IMG/VR virus record: IMGVR_UViG_3300006169_000028
Coordinates: 1 to 36,321 of that record
Length of the DNA stretch: 36,321 nucleotides
Origin: a virus
Lineage: Duplodnaviria; Caudoviricetes
Strand: one strand, 5' to 3'
Positions 24,785-33,463 of the stretch are shown here, in pieces. Below the pieces are notes generated by a model that was not told the DNA's origin, did no database searches, and saw nothing but the letters and a program-made list of their open reading frames with translations. Position 1 is the stretch's first letter, and each line of letters opens with the position of its first letter. The position numbers and the translations under genes were made by a program.

Positions 24785-27700
24785 AATATCCCGGGTTCGG
24801 CGTCGTCGTTAGTTTTTAATGTAGCACTATCACTACTAGATTTTAACACGGTTCCGTCGTTATTCTTCGATCGCAATACACCGGAATCGGACTTTGATCG
24901 TGTAAAAATCTTTCCGGCGGCCGTTTTTAAGAAGGCCGCTCCCTTGCGGAAACCAGTTAATAGATTCTTCGAAACGCTATCCGAGAGCGTTATTGACTCC
25001 CGAATCAAGCGCGTGAATATGTTATCTGTCGACACCGTATCGGAGAGCGACACGGCTTCGAGAATCCTTCGAGTAAAGGTTTTAACGGGCGCCACAACGT
25101 CGTTTAACGTGAGCGAATCAAGTACCCGAAGATAGCGCATAAATGACGTATTGTCGTCGAGTGAAAGGGAATCAATCACGGATCGGACGCGCGTAATGGC
25201 CTTCGAAGCGGTATCGGAAAGGGAAAGGGAATCGACGATATGCTTTGTTCGAGCAAGAAATACGTCGTCCGAGAGCGTAAGTGTATCTATGATCCGGCGG
25301 TAATAGCCGCGTAGTACAGAATCCGAAAGCGTGATCGAATCGACGATCGATCGGACGTACCCCCGGGCGACCGCGAACGTATCGGAAAGAACGATTGAGT
25401 CGGTTACGGATCGAATGAGTGATTGTATTTTCGTAACCGAGTCTTCCAGCGTTAAGCTATCTCGGACTATTTTCCCGAATCCTTTACGTACGGAATCCAC
25501 AAGAACGATCGAATCCGTAACGACGGTTTGATATAGCCGAGAAGCGACGGCCGTGTCTTGAAGCGTGATTGAGTCAATAATCGACCGGAAGTATGAAGTG
25601 GCCTTTGAAACCGTGTCTTGAAGCGCCACAGTGTCCAAAATCGAGCGAATAAACGTCTTTATGGTAGAAACCGCGTCCGAGAGCACAATCGCGTCTAAAA
25701 CGGCCCGTACGTACGTTTTAACGCTAGTTACGGAGTCTTCGAGCGTAATCGAGTCGAGAATAGTGCGGTAACGTTGCCGACTTGTCGACACGTTATCCAC
25801 AAGAGCGAAAGAATCGAGAACGGATCGAACCCGGGTTTTTACAGTTGTAACTAGATCCGAGAGCGTAAGCGTGTCGGCGATTGACTTTACAAACGTCTTT
25901 ATGGTCGCCACGGAATCCGTGAGTGTGAGCGTGTCCGATATTGACCGGACTCGTGAAAGGAGCTTTGTCGCGCTGTCTTGAAGCGCAAGACTGTCGAGAG
26001 CCGACCGGATTCGAGTCGTGGCGCGAGTAACCGTATCGGCAAGAGTAAGCGAGTCGAGAATCGATCGAATGTACGATTGATCGGCGTCTACTACGTCGGC
26101 CAAAGTAAGCGAGTCCGCGACTTCTTCCGTATACGCGGTTCCGCCCGAGCCGCCGACTTCCGGAAGTTTTACAAGCGTGAGGCTCGCCGGTGAATAGTCG
26201 TCGACTAGTCCGGAAGTAAGTCCGAGCCTTGTATTGACCTTCAATACAACCGGAGCGGAATCGATCTCTAGTACGCCCATAATAATATCGGATCCTTCGT
26301 TTGTGTTATTCGTATTTCGAATATAACAACATACCGAACGTAAACCGGTTTCGAGAACGTCGTCAATGTGTATCTGTATCTCCGGCCCCGTTCGTTGCGC
26401 TGTCGGGCCAGTGAAGGGCGCGTTAAAAGATAGCAAGTACGAACCGGCCTCGTCTATTGTTACTTGATTCGGATTCGTGCCGGTAGAGTGAGTATATGAA
26501 TCCGTATCGATCTCGTCGTCGGTTGACCACAAAACATCATAGTCTCCGGTTGTCTGATTCCAGTTATCCGACGGCCCTTCGACTTGCGTTCCTCGCGCCG
26601 AATATACGTTATACGTGGACGGGATTTTAATAATAATAATCGTCGCGGAAAGAGATCCGACCGTAACCGTTCCAGTATTGCCTTCTTCAATAGTAACCAC
26701 GTCGAGCACTTGAGCCGATCCGCCTGTCGTTAAATATCGGGCAAGGTGAAGGGAAGACCGGGAAATATTTTCCGCCGCTCGGATATATCCTTGCGACGCA
26801 AACGCGCCGGATTGTAGTGTGCCGTCAAGCCGAAGACCGGTTCGAACGTTTGTTCGCGCGGTCGCACTTGAAAGCGGTATATTTACAAATATGAGATACG
26901 AGGTATTCGCTTCGAGTGTGATTTGTTCCGGGTTCGTAACGGTTGAGTGAGTAAACCCGGCGTCTTTGCGGACTTCTGTCGCCCACTTGATCGGATACGC
27001 CGTCGTTTGATTAAGATTCGTTGAGTTTGTCGTTTCCGTTCCTTTTCCAATAAATACCGTTTCGTCTTCGATATACCACGCCGAAAGTCGGTTCCCCGTT
27101 GCGGTTATGGTGTTAGCAATACCGCCGCCGTCGTGCGTTATTTTAATCTCGATATAGTCGTCAACCGCAAGCCCGGTAAGTGCAAAAGAAAGGTGAAGCG
27201 AGGATTGATTCGCGCCGTTATTTCGAATATAACAACAAGCGGATTCGCCGACGTCCTGTTCAACGCCGTTTTTAAATACTCGAATATAAAGCCAGTTTCG
27301 CGACGTGCTCGCCACGCCGTCGGACTGAAATGTGCCGTTAAACTCGAATAGGTAATCTCCGGCCGTTTTAATCACTAGACGCGACGGGTTCCCGGAAGCC
27401 CAATCGAAATACGTCGAGTTCATAACTTGAACGTCGTCAAAATCAAGAAGTGAACTAGAAGCTGAAACGAAGTTTGTCGATCCGCCACCGTAGGTATTTC
27501 CGATCAAAATCGCTCGCGCGGCTTCCGAAGCCGTCGGGACGCCGTACTGAATACCCTCGATATAGATTGAAGGATCCCAATCTTCAAGAACCGGCGTCGG
27601 ATCAAGACCGCTCGTGTCGTGAGCGGCGCCGTCTGTCGTACCCGTTGTCGCGTAGGCAATCGAGGCCGTGCCGGTTCCGTTATAAAAGCCACGGGCGCCG

Positions 27701-28647
27701 ATCCAGTATGTTCCGGCGGCGAGATTCGGAGTCGTCGCAAATGTAAACTCCTCGAATGTGTTCGTTGTATTTGCCGGGCCACGATCGGCCGTATGGTGAA
27801 GCGGCCCGGAAGCGTAATCCGGAGATCCGGAGCCGTTATCGGCGAATATTGCCACGTCAACAAGAACGTTCGCCCCGGAAGACTCGGATATTGCCGCCCA
27901 TACGCTCGTTATGTCGGTTTCATAGTCGAGAACGAACTTTCGAAGTAAATACTTATCTTCGCCACCACCGGCGAGAGAATAAGAGCTTGATTCGACGTCC
28001 TGATTTCCGATCGTTACATTAGTTCCCGGATCAACGGCCGAAGTTGGCGCGTCGTCGGTTCCCGTTCCTACGCCAAGAGCGAGAATCTTATACGTGTTCG
28101 TTGTGTTTCCTACACAACCGACCGTTATATTCGCGCCCGTTGTGATCGAAGAATCGGTAACTTCAAAGTTCCACGTACCCGGCTCGGATACGCCGTCCGC
28201 CCATACTTTCGCTTTGAGTGCGGTTCCTCGGATCTGAATCCGGACGTGAATAATATCGTTATCGGTGATTGTAAAAGCGTCCGGGCCGTCAAGCGTCGTC
28301 TCGGTTCCCGAAACCGCCTTTCGAAGATCGATAACGTTTGTATCGTTTCGCACAAGAAGAACGTACCCGGTACGAGTTGCTTCTGATCCAAAACCCGAAG
28401 CCCGAACGCCAAAAAACGGGATTCCTACCGATCCCACGTTTAACTTTACATAAAGTTCTTGATCGTCGTCGGCTAGATCATTTACTTGATCCCAATAAAA
28501 CGCGCAACGTACGAACGCGCCGGCTTCGGTTACTTGAAGACCGTCGGCGACGACTGAATAAGACGCGCCGGTATTCCACCCTTCCGTCCAATCTGACGGC
28601 GGCGATCCGACACTATATTCCGAAAAATCTGTGAATAGTTGAGCCAT
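24781..28647 (-). CDS. Large neck/head fibre protein: lectin-like domain, three C1q/TNF-like domains, 20 beta-strand repeats
   Basis: 1288 aa; internal repeats visible in the translation; lies between the capsid and adaptor genes. Confidence 0.75.
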   Translation of the reverse strand: MAQLFTDFSEYSVGSPPSDWTEGWNTGASYSVVADGLQVTEAGAFVRCAFYWDQVNDLADDDQELYVKLNVGSVGIPFFGVRASGFGSEATRTGYVLLVRNDTNVIDLRKAVSGTETTLDGPDAFTITDNDIIHVRIQIRGTALKAKVWADGVSEPGTWNFEVTDSSITTGANITVGCVGNTTNTYKILALGVGTGTDDAPTSAVDPGTNVTIGNQDVESSSYSLAGGGEDKYLLRKFVLDYETDITSVWAAISESSGANVLVDVAIFADNGSGSPDYASGPLHHTADRGPANTTNTFEEFTFATTPNLAAGTYWIGARGFYNGTGTASIAYATTGTTDGAAHDTSGLDPTPVLEDWDPSIYIEGIQYGVPTASEAARAILIGNTYGGGSTNFVSASSSLLDFDDVQVMNSTYFDWASGNPSRLVIKTAGDYLFEFNGTFQSDGVASTSRNWLYIRVFKNGVEQDVGESACCYIRNNGANQSSLHLSFALTGLAVDDYIEIKITHDGGGIANTITATGNRLSAWYIEDETVFIGKGTETTNSTNLNQTTAYPIKWATEVRKDAGFTHSTVTNPEQITLEANTSYLIFVNIPLSSATARTNVRTGLRLDGTLQSGAFASQGYIRAAENISRSSLHLARYLTTGGSAQVLDVVTIEEGNTGTVTVGSLSATIIIIKIPSTYNVYSARGTQVEGPSDNWNQTTGDYDVLWSTDDEIDTDSYTHSTGTNPNQVTIDEAGSYLLSFNAPFTGPTAQRTGPEIQIHIDDVLETGLRSVCCYIRNTNNTNEGSDIIMGVLEIDSAPVVLKVNTRLGLTSGLVDDYSPASLTLVKLPEVGGSGGTAYTEEVADSLTLADVVDADQSYIRSILDSLTLADTVTRATTRIRSALDSLALQDSATKLLSRVRSISDTLTLTDSVATIKTFVKSIADTLTLSDLVTTVKTRVRSVLDSFALVDNVSTSRQRYRTILDSITLEDSVTSVKTYVRAVLDAIVLSDAVSTIKTFIRSILDTVALQDTVSKATSYFRSIIDSITLQDTAVASRLYQTVVTDSIVLVDSVRKGFGKIVRDSLTLEDSVTKIQSLIRSVTDSIVLSDTFAVARGYVRSIVDSITLSDSVLRGYYRRIIDTLTLSDDVFLARTKHIVDSLSLSDTASKAITRVRSVIDSLSLDDNTSFMRYLRVLDSLTLNDVVAPVKTFTRRILEAVSLSDTVSTDNIFTRLIRESITLSDSVSKNLLTGFRKGAAFLKTAAGKIFTRSKSDSGVLRSKNNDGTVLKSSSDSATLKTNDDAEPGIL
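24970..26121 (-). repeat. 20 tandem 18-20-aa protein repeats, consensus (I/V)xD(S/T)(I/L)xLxDxV
   Basis: Counted from VADSLTLAD to IRESITLSD. Confidence 0.9.
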
Positions 28648-28648
28648 A

Positions 28649-28960
28649 TTAAAAGATTATTTCGCCCACAAGCGAGCGACGCCCGTAATGGCGCGATTCT
28701 TCTTCGCTTGACCGCGCAAGATCGGCGTTCGTACTGTTTAGATCTGCGATTTTATTTGCCATTCGGGAAATGATATATCCGTCGCTTGATCCGCGCGGAA
28801 CGTCGAGTCGCGTATCGTATGAAATCGTCCCTTCTGATCTCGGACTCCGGCCCGTCATTCGTACAATCACCGCTTCACTTTCCGCGCCCGTGTCGTCGTC
28901 GATTACGTCGAATCGATCTATTATTTCGGCTTCGTATCGAAAATCGTCGGGATTTATCAT
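28649..28960 (-). CDS. Hypothetical protein
   Basis: 103 aa; first gene after a terminator-promoter junction; coupled to the fibre gene. Confidence 0.75.
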   Translation of the reverse strand: MINPDDFRYEAEIIDRFDVIDDDTGAESEAVIVRMTGRSPRSEGTISYDTRLDVPRGSSDGYIISRMANKIADLNSTNADLARSSEEESRHYGRRSLVGEIIF

Positions 28961-28977
28961 TGCTTCTATGATAACGC

Positions 28978-28998
28978 AAAAACCGCCCGTAGGCGGTT
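28978..28998 (-). terminator. Intrinsic terminator
   Basis: AACCGCC-TACG-GGCGGTT-TTT with a C(UACG)G tetraloop. Confidence 0.8.
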
Positions 28999-29020
28999 CC
29001 CGAAAGTGTTTAGAAGTCCT

Positions 29021-29590
29021 TTAGTCGACGTCGACGTCGTAGGTAGCTTGAAGACTGTCTCCGTTATCTACCGAGAAGGAAGACAAAACGGATCGAGCGA
29101 GCATTGTTCCGCCCGAAGAAGCATTGAATACTCCGATTTCTTGAATCGTAAGCGTTCCCGAAAAGCTCCACGTATGGACAAGACGAGCGGTGTCGTTCGT
29201 TACGTCTGTCGTTACGCGTGAAGCTGTCGCCTGTGCGCGAGCGCCCCCGTTCGTGGTGATTTCGCCAAGAAGCGCGGTTTGCGTCAAAGCGGCGGCGGTT
29301 CCGTCCGTTCCGATCGCAAGATAGTCGAACACGTTCGTCGCGGAAGCTCCGTTGATAAGAGCGGCGACGGCGGCTTTACCGGCGTTCGTTACAAGGTTCG
29401 ATACATTTAGCTTTTCGTGCCAAAAACCGAACAAGATATTCTTCCGTACCTCTAGGCCAAGAGCGGCGAGGAAGCGGCCGAATCCGTGAAGTCCGAAAAG
29501 CGGCTTTACGTTGCCGTTTTTATCGAACAGTTGAAGCCCGATATTTTCGCCTATGCGGAATCGCGCTTTTGTGCTTTTAAAGTTCTTCAT
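29021..29590 (-). CDS. Putative fibre subunit resembling a tail-fibre N-terminal (collar) domain
   Basis: 189 aa from ATG 29590; NLVTNAGK...YLAIGTD...QTALLGE...EIGVFN...MLAR. Confidence 0.75.
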   Translation of the reverse strand: MKNFKSTKARFRIGENIGLQLFDKNGNVKPLFGLHGFGRFLAALGLEVRKNILFGFWHEKLNVSNLVTNAGKAAVAALINGASATNVFDYLAIGTDGTAAALTQTALLGEITTNGGARAQATASRVTTDVTNDTARLVHTWSFSGTLTIQEIGVFNASSGGTMLARSVLSSFSVDNGDSLQATYDVDVD

Positions 29591-29591
29591 T

Positions 29592-29930
29592 TTAACTTTC
29601 GTTATTTGCGGATAAGATTTCGCCTTCGAGAGATCCGGCAAGATCGCGAACGTTCTGTTCTTCGGCTTCTCGTTGATCGAAACGTTCTTTCGCTTCGAGT
29701 TTAGATTGAAAAACTCGCGCTTCCTCTTGTAGAACCTCCACAAGTTCGTCGCGAGTAATATCCCGAGAGTATTCTTGAACCCGAGATCCTAGAACCTCGA
29801 TATTGTATTCGCCTTCCTCGCCGCCTTCGACGGGCGTTCTGGTAATGAAATCAAACGACACTTGAAGCACGTCGCGATTTTCCGCAACGAGTCTCATTGA
29901 TTTAACGCCTTTTACTTTGACTTCTACCAT
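29592..29930 (-). CDS. Hypothetical protein
   Basis: ATG 29930 lies 7 nt behind TATAAT; ATG 29939 overlaps that hexamer. Confidence 0.75.
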   Translation of the reverse strand: MVEVKVKGVKSMRLVAENRDVLQVSFDFITRTPVEGGEEGEYNIEVLGSRVQEYSRDITRDELVEVLQEEARVFQSKLEAKERFDQREAEEQNVRDLAGSLEGEILSANNES

Positions 29931-29981
29931 ACGCCCCATTATAGCCTATCTTGATTCGAGATTGTTCAAGCGATATTCACA

Positions 29982-30317
29982 TTAAAGCGAATCGCCGGAA
30001 GGAAGATCGGAATCACCGTTTGAACCTTCGTCTTCGCCAGTTTCCGGAGCGCTTTCGCCACTATTCGGAGCCGGTTCGTTGAGTTCGGTTTGCGAAACCT
30101 GTCCTTTGTCTTCTACATTTCCGGACGGAGCCGCATTCGAAACGTTCGTCTCGCGTGGCCCTTCGTTGCCAGTTAGAGAAGCGCTTCGATCCTCGCCTCC
30201 AATAAGACCGCTCTTTCGGAATGACGCCGCTTGCGTCTCGTCAAGATCGATCATTTCACCGGCTCGATACTGTCGGCCGTTGTGTCGTACGCCCCCGTTA
30301 AGTTTGAACTGTGCCAT
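29982..30317 (-). CDS. Small capsid-adjacent protein (Mu gp35-like N-terminus, acidic disordered tail)
   Basis: VRHNGRQYRAGEMIDL motif; follows the major capsid gene. Confidence 0.7.
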   Translation of the reverse strand: MAQFKLNGGVRHNGRQYRAGEMIDLDETQAASFRKSGLIGGEDRSASLTGNEGPRETNVSNAAPSGNVEDKGQVSQTELNEPAPNSGESAPETGEDEGSNGDSDLPSGDSL

Positions 30318-30353
30318 ATGATAAATATTCGGTTACTTGTTAATAACGTTTTT

Positions 30354-30362
30354 ATTATAACA
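30354..30362 (-). promoter_or_regulatory. Extended -10 promoter
   Basis: Perfect TGtTATAAT just after the capsid terminator. Confidence 0.7.
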
Positions 30363-30367
30363 CCGGG

Positions 30368-30397
30368 AAAAACAAAAGAACCGCCCTGCGGCGGCTC
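30368..30397 (-). terminator. Intrinsic terminator after the major capsid gene
   Basis: GAGCCGCC-GCAG-GGCGGTTC-TTTTGTTTTT. Confidence 0.85.
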
Positions 30398-30422
30398 TTT
30401 AAGATCGTTAATCTTCGATCGA

Positions 30423-31340
30423 TTAAGCGTTTGTATCCTTGATAAGATACGCGGCGTCCATAGATACGAAGACCTGATCGTAGTACCAAGAATCGCGAAC
30501 GTAAGTTCCCTTTCGATCCTTGTCGTACCACTTGTCGACTGCGTGATCGCCATACTGCATATGGAATCCGAGAGCGACTTCCTTCAAACGAGGAGTCTCC
30601 GGAACGTATGCAAGAAGCGCGTTATCGCCCCAAATGTTAGACATTGACGGGGTTTGACCTTCGGAAGCGGTGTTGTATACCGCACGGCCTACGACAACCC
30701 TTCGTACGCCGAACAAAGCGGCGAGAAGATCTTCGGTAACAATATCTCGACCGGTGTACTTGATACGATCAATGATTTGAGCGTTGACCTTCAAAGCGTT
30801 GAACGCGTCTCGTCCGAGCGCGAGCGTATTCGGAACGAGGCCGGTTGCGGCTTCGATTGTATCTTTACCGGTTTCAATATCTCCGATCGGATCGGAGTCG
30901 TCGGGATCGCTCCACTGACTCGTTCCCGATAGTGTCGTGTTCTGCGTTACGACTGACGTGCTTGTAAGCTGATCCGCGAGAGCTTTCTCGGCGGCTGTCA
31001 TAAGACGCTCGACGACGTTTTCGGTTGCGTCTGACATAGGATCAAACGCGCCTTCTGCCTGATCGACTTCTTCGTCTTCCACGAGTTGCTTTAGGGCGTG
31101 ATCTTCGGCGTAGAAGTTAGCACGAGTCCACGCTTTCGGATCGATCTCGTTAGTAGGCGAACCGGCCGCACGAGCGGAATCGGTAAGCTGAAGGTGAGCG
31201 CGGTCGTACTCGTAGTAAATACCGCTCTGCTTCTTCACTTTGAACACCGGAAGAAGGGCCGTCGCAAGATAGTTTTGCGGCTTGTATCCCTTCGCGACGT
31301 TCGTTAGAAGCGGATCGAATACTCTGTCTTTAGGATTCAT
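30423..31340 (-). CDS. Major capsid protein (lambda gpE-like, HK97 fold)
   Basis: DPLLTNVAKGY, QWSD...SDPIGDI, PNTLALG; follows the protease and cement genes and precedes a strong terminator. Confidence 0.88.
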   Translation of the reverse strand: MNPKDRVFDPLLTNVAKGYKPQNYLATALLPVFKVKKQSGIYYEYDRAHLQLTDSARAAGSPTNEIDPKAWTRANFYAEDHALKQLVEDEEVDQAEGAFDPMSDATENVVERLMTAAEKALADQLTSTSVVTQNTTLSGTSQWSDPDDSDPIGDIETGKDTIEAATGLVPNTLALGRDAFNALKVNAQIIDRIKYTGRDIVTEDLLAALFGVRRVVVGRAVYNTASEGQTPSMSNIWGDNALLAYVPETPRLKEVALGFHMQYGDHAVDKWYDKDRKGTYVRDSWYYDQVFVSMDAAYLIKDTNA

Positions 31341-31354
31341 ATTCCGATTTTAGA

Positions 31355-31726
31355 TTAAGCGGAAACCGCCGAACTGATAAATAGTTGGACTTCGATAACG
31401 TCCCCGGCCGCTCCTGCGGCTTCGAGCGCTCGACCCACGATTGTGCCGCCCGTGTTTGCTGTGATTACGCGTCCCGACGCGTCCGGTACAACAACCGCTC
31501 CTTTTGTGATAGCGGCTCCGGCCTCGACTTTAGCAGTACCGAGGAACTGTACGCGAACGGACTGTCCAGCGTCTGCGTCGCGTCGTGCTACTCCGACAAC
31601 GCCGTCGCCTTCCGCGTCGACCATATCGACGCTATTGTCGCCCGAGCCGACCTTCACAAGTCTGTATTGTGTGATCGCCTCGTTTGCAAGGAAAGTTCGT
31701 TCGAATGCTTCAATGAACTGACTCAT
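31355..31726 (-). CDS. Capsid cement / decoration protein (DUF2190-like)
   Basis: VEAGAAITKG...GRALEAAGAAGDVIEV. Confidence 0.85.
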   Translation of the reverse strand: MSQFIEAFERTFLANEAITQYRLVKVGSGDNSVDMVDAEGDGVVGVARRDADAGQSVRVQFLGTAKVEAGAAITKGAVVVPDASGRVITANTGGTIVGRALEAAGAAGDVIEVQLFISSAVSA

Positions 31727-31748
31727 ATATGCGTTCTAGTTTAAGTTA

Positions 31749-33068
31749 TTAAGAGTTAGCGGCGTTCGGATCGGTTTCCTCTAGGTATTTAGCCTCTAGG
31801 CCCGGATTCTCGCGGAATGCGCGCTTTGTAGCTTCGGCGACGGAAAGATTCTCGTCGTCCTTCATATAGCTTGCTACGAGCTTTTCAACCTTTCCGGTAG
31901 CGGTAGTTTCGTCGAACATAGCCGTATCGGATCCGGTTTCACTGAATGCGTTTTTAACGCTAGGAACGGACTTCATAAGTTCGGTAAACGCTTTAAGCTG
32001 TGAGCCTGAAAGTGATTCCGCGAACTTCATTAAAGCCTCCTTTGACTTCGGAAGGAAAACTCCGGAACGGTTCACGTTTGAGAATACAAGCGGTGAAACC
32101 TTTTCCGAAAGCTCCCTTTTGCGAAGATCAAGATCACGAGCTTGAAGACGTGCCAGTTCGGAAGCCGAAATCTTCGTCATTCCCTTTTCGGAAGCATTTA
32201 CGCCACCTTCGGGATTGTCGCCGCCTTCGCCTTCTGTTACTTCTTCGCCTTCCTCGGAAGCGCCTTCGTCGCCTTCGCCTTCGTCGCCGGTTTCGGTTCC
32301 GTCTTCCTCGCTTCCTTCTCCTTCGCCTTCGCCGTCTCCGGCCTCGTCGTCGGTAGTAGTTTCGCTAGAAGGGGTTCCGTCTTCGGTTTCGAGAACGTCC
32401 GCATACTCGGCCTTCTGGTCGTCGGTGAGTTCCTCGCGGTGCTCTTTCAAGTACGCGATTTCTTCCGCCGTAAGCTCGTCTTTAGCTTTCGCTAGGATTG
32501 CTTCGAGTGTAAGCATATCGTTTTCTTCGTCTAGCTTGATAATGATATTTTGCCGAACTCCGTCTTTCCCTTCGCTGAACATAACGGGATTCCGTTCGTT
32601 CATTGATTTGAAATACGGTTTATTCGTCAACGCGCCGCCCACGAGAACGTTCTTGTGGATTTCGCGAGTTTCCGGATCGTCGTATTCAAAATGGAACTCC
32701 GGCGAGAAGTATTTATACTTGCCCGACTCGACGAGATCTTTCCCGTCTTCCGTCCATTCTACGTCTGCGAATAATCCGACACCTTCTTCAACGTCAACCT
32801 CCGTAAACCAAGCTACGGCCGGCTTTTCGTCTCCAAATGGTGATTCGTGGCCTTCGGTGATCGGGATCTTTAACCGTAGTCCCTTATCGAAGTTCTCTTT
32901 GAACTCGTGTAAATCGCTATCGGTTATGACCATAGGGCCGTAGCCCGGGTGATCCCATTCGCCGACCGGTAGAACTTGAATCCTTTCGGGCGCCGTACCC
33001 CTCGATACCTCCGAGAATGTACGAACTACAAGTTGTTTCCGTTTCGAGTTGAACCCCTTTTTAGCCAT
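31749..33068 (-). CDS. Mu gpI-like prohead protease fused to scaffold
   Basis: IQVLPVG, ITEGH, AVAW, VEWT, YKYFSPEF, GGALTNKPYF; acidic linker and helical tail. Start probably ATG 33068 because ATG 33104 overlaps TATAAT (33103-33108). Confidence 0.88.
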   Translation of the reverse strand: MAKKGFNSKRKQLVVRTFSEVSRGTAPERIQVLPVGEWDHPGYGPMVITDSDLHEFKENFDKGLRLKIPITEGHESPFGDEKPAVAWFTEVDVEEGVGLFADVEWTEDGKDLVESGKYKYFSPEFHFEYDDPETREIHKNVLVGGALTNKPYFKSMNERNPVMFSEGKDGVRQNIIIKLDEENDMLTLEAILAKAKDELTAEEIAYLKEHREELTDDQKAEYADVLETEDGTPSSETTTDDEAGDGEGEGEGSEEDGTETGDEGEGDEGASEEGEEVTEGEGGDNPEGGVNASEKGMTKISASELARLQARDLDLRKRELSEKVSPLVFSNVNRSGVFLPKSKEALMKFAESLSGSQLKAFTELMKSVPSVKNAFSETGSDTAMFDETTATGKVEKLVASYMKDDENLSVAEATKRAFRENPGLEAKYLEETDPNAANS

Positions 33069-33120
33069 ATTGAAAGTATACATTAGTTTTTTAACAAGTT
33101 TCATTATAGCGCGCGTGGAT

Positions 33121-33147
33121 AAAAAAAGATCCGGGCGTCCCCGGATC
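33121..33147 (-). terminator. Intrinsic terminator
   Basis: GATCCGGG-GACG-CCCGGATC-TTTTTTT. Confidence 0.85.
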
Positions 33148-33330
33148 GATCGATCGTAAATATTTCGCGCGTTGACGGTTTGACCTTGCCCGAGCCTCGC
33201 CGTTCCCGTGTTATGTGAATGAATGCGCGTTGACTTTAAGATTCATAATAGGCCGCGACCCCGGACGCGCCGGCGGCGAGTTATGAGCACGCCGCTCGAA
33301 TCGTTCTCGATCGCCGATACTTGATCCGTG
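33121..33330 (-). ncRNA. Candidate structured ncRNA of about 210 nt
   Basis: TGcTAGAAT at 33336-33344, strong terminator at 33121, only very short ORFs (18 and 11 aa) seen on this strand, several complementary segments. Confidence 0.45.
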
Positions 33331-33333
33331 CCG

Positions 33334-33462
33334 TCATTCTAGCACGCGGTCGATTGACGCCGGAGCTTCGACTCTGTTTATATCCGGGCCATACACGATC
33401 AAAGCAAGTAGTGAGTAAAGAAGGATTGCGACGAGAGTGTAGAGAAGAATCTTTTTAAGCAT
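33334..33462 (-). CDS. Small membrane protein (42 aa)
   Basis: Not in the ORF track. MLKKILLYTLVAILLYSLLALIVYGPDINRVEAPASIDRVLE; starts 1 nt after the upstream stop. Confidence 0.7.
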   Translation of the reverse strand: MLKKILLYTLVAILLYSLLALIVYGPDINRVEAPASIDRVLE

Positions 33463-33463
33463 A

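Noticed and set aside
24781-28647. Diversity-generating retroelement target
   Set aside because: No reverse transcriptase gene and no near-identical template/variable repeat pair noticed; the repeats are degenerate at the DNA level.
29591-29743. Extended N-termini given by the ORF track for 29021..29743, 23431..23961 and 31749..33104
   Set aside because: The extensions overlap upstream genes or a -10 element; downstream ATGs (29590, 23886, 33068) fit gene packing better.
33251-33303. Self-cleaving ribozyme (hammerhead, twister, HDV-like)
   Set aside because: Only partial resemblance; CUGANGA/GAAA and the other catalytic cores were not found on either strand.
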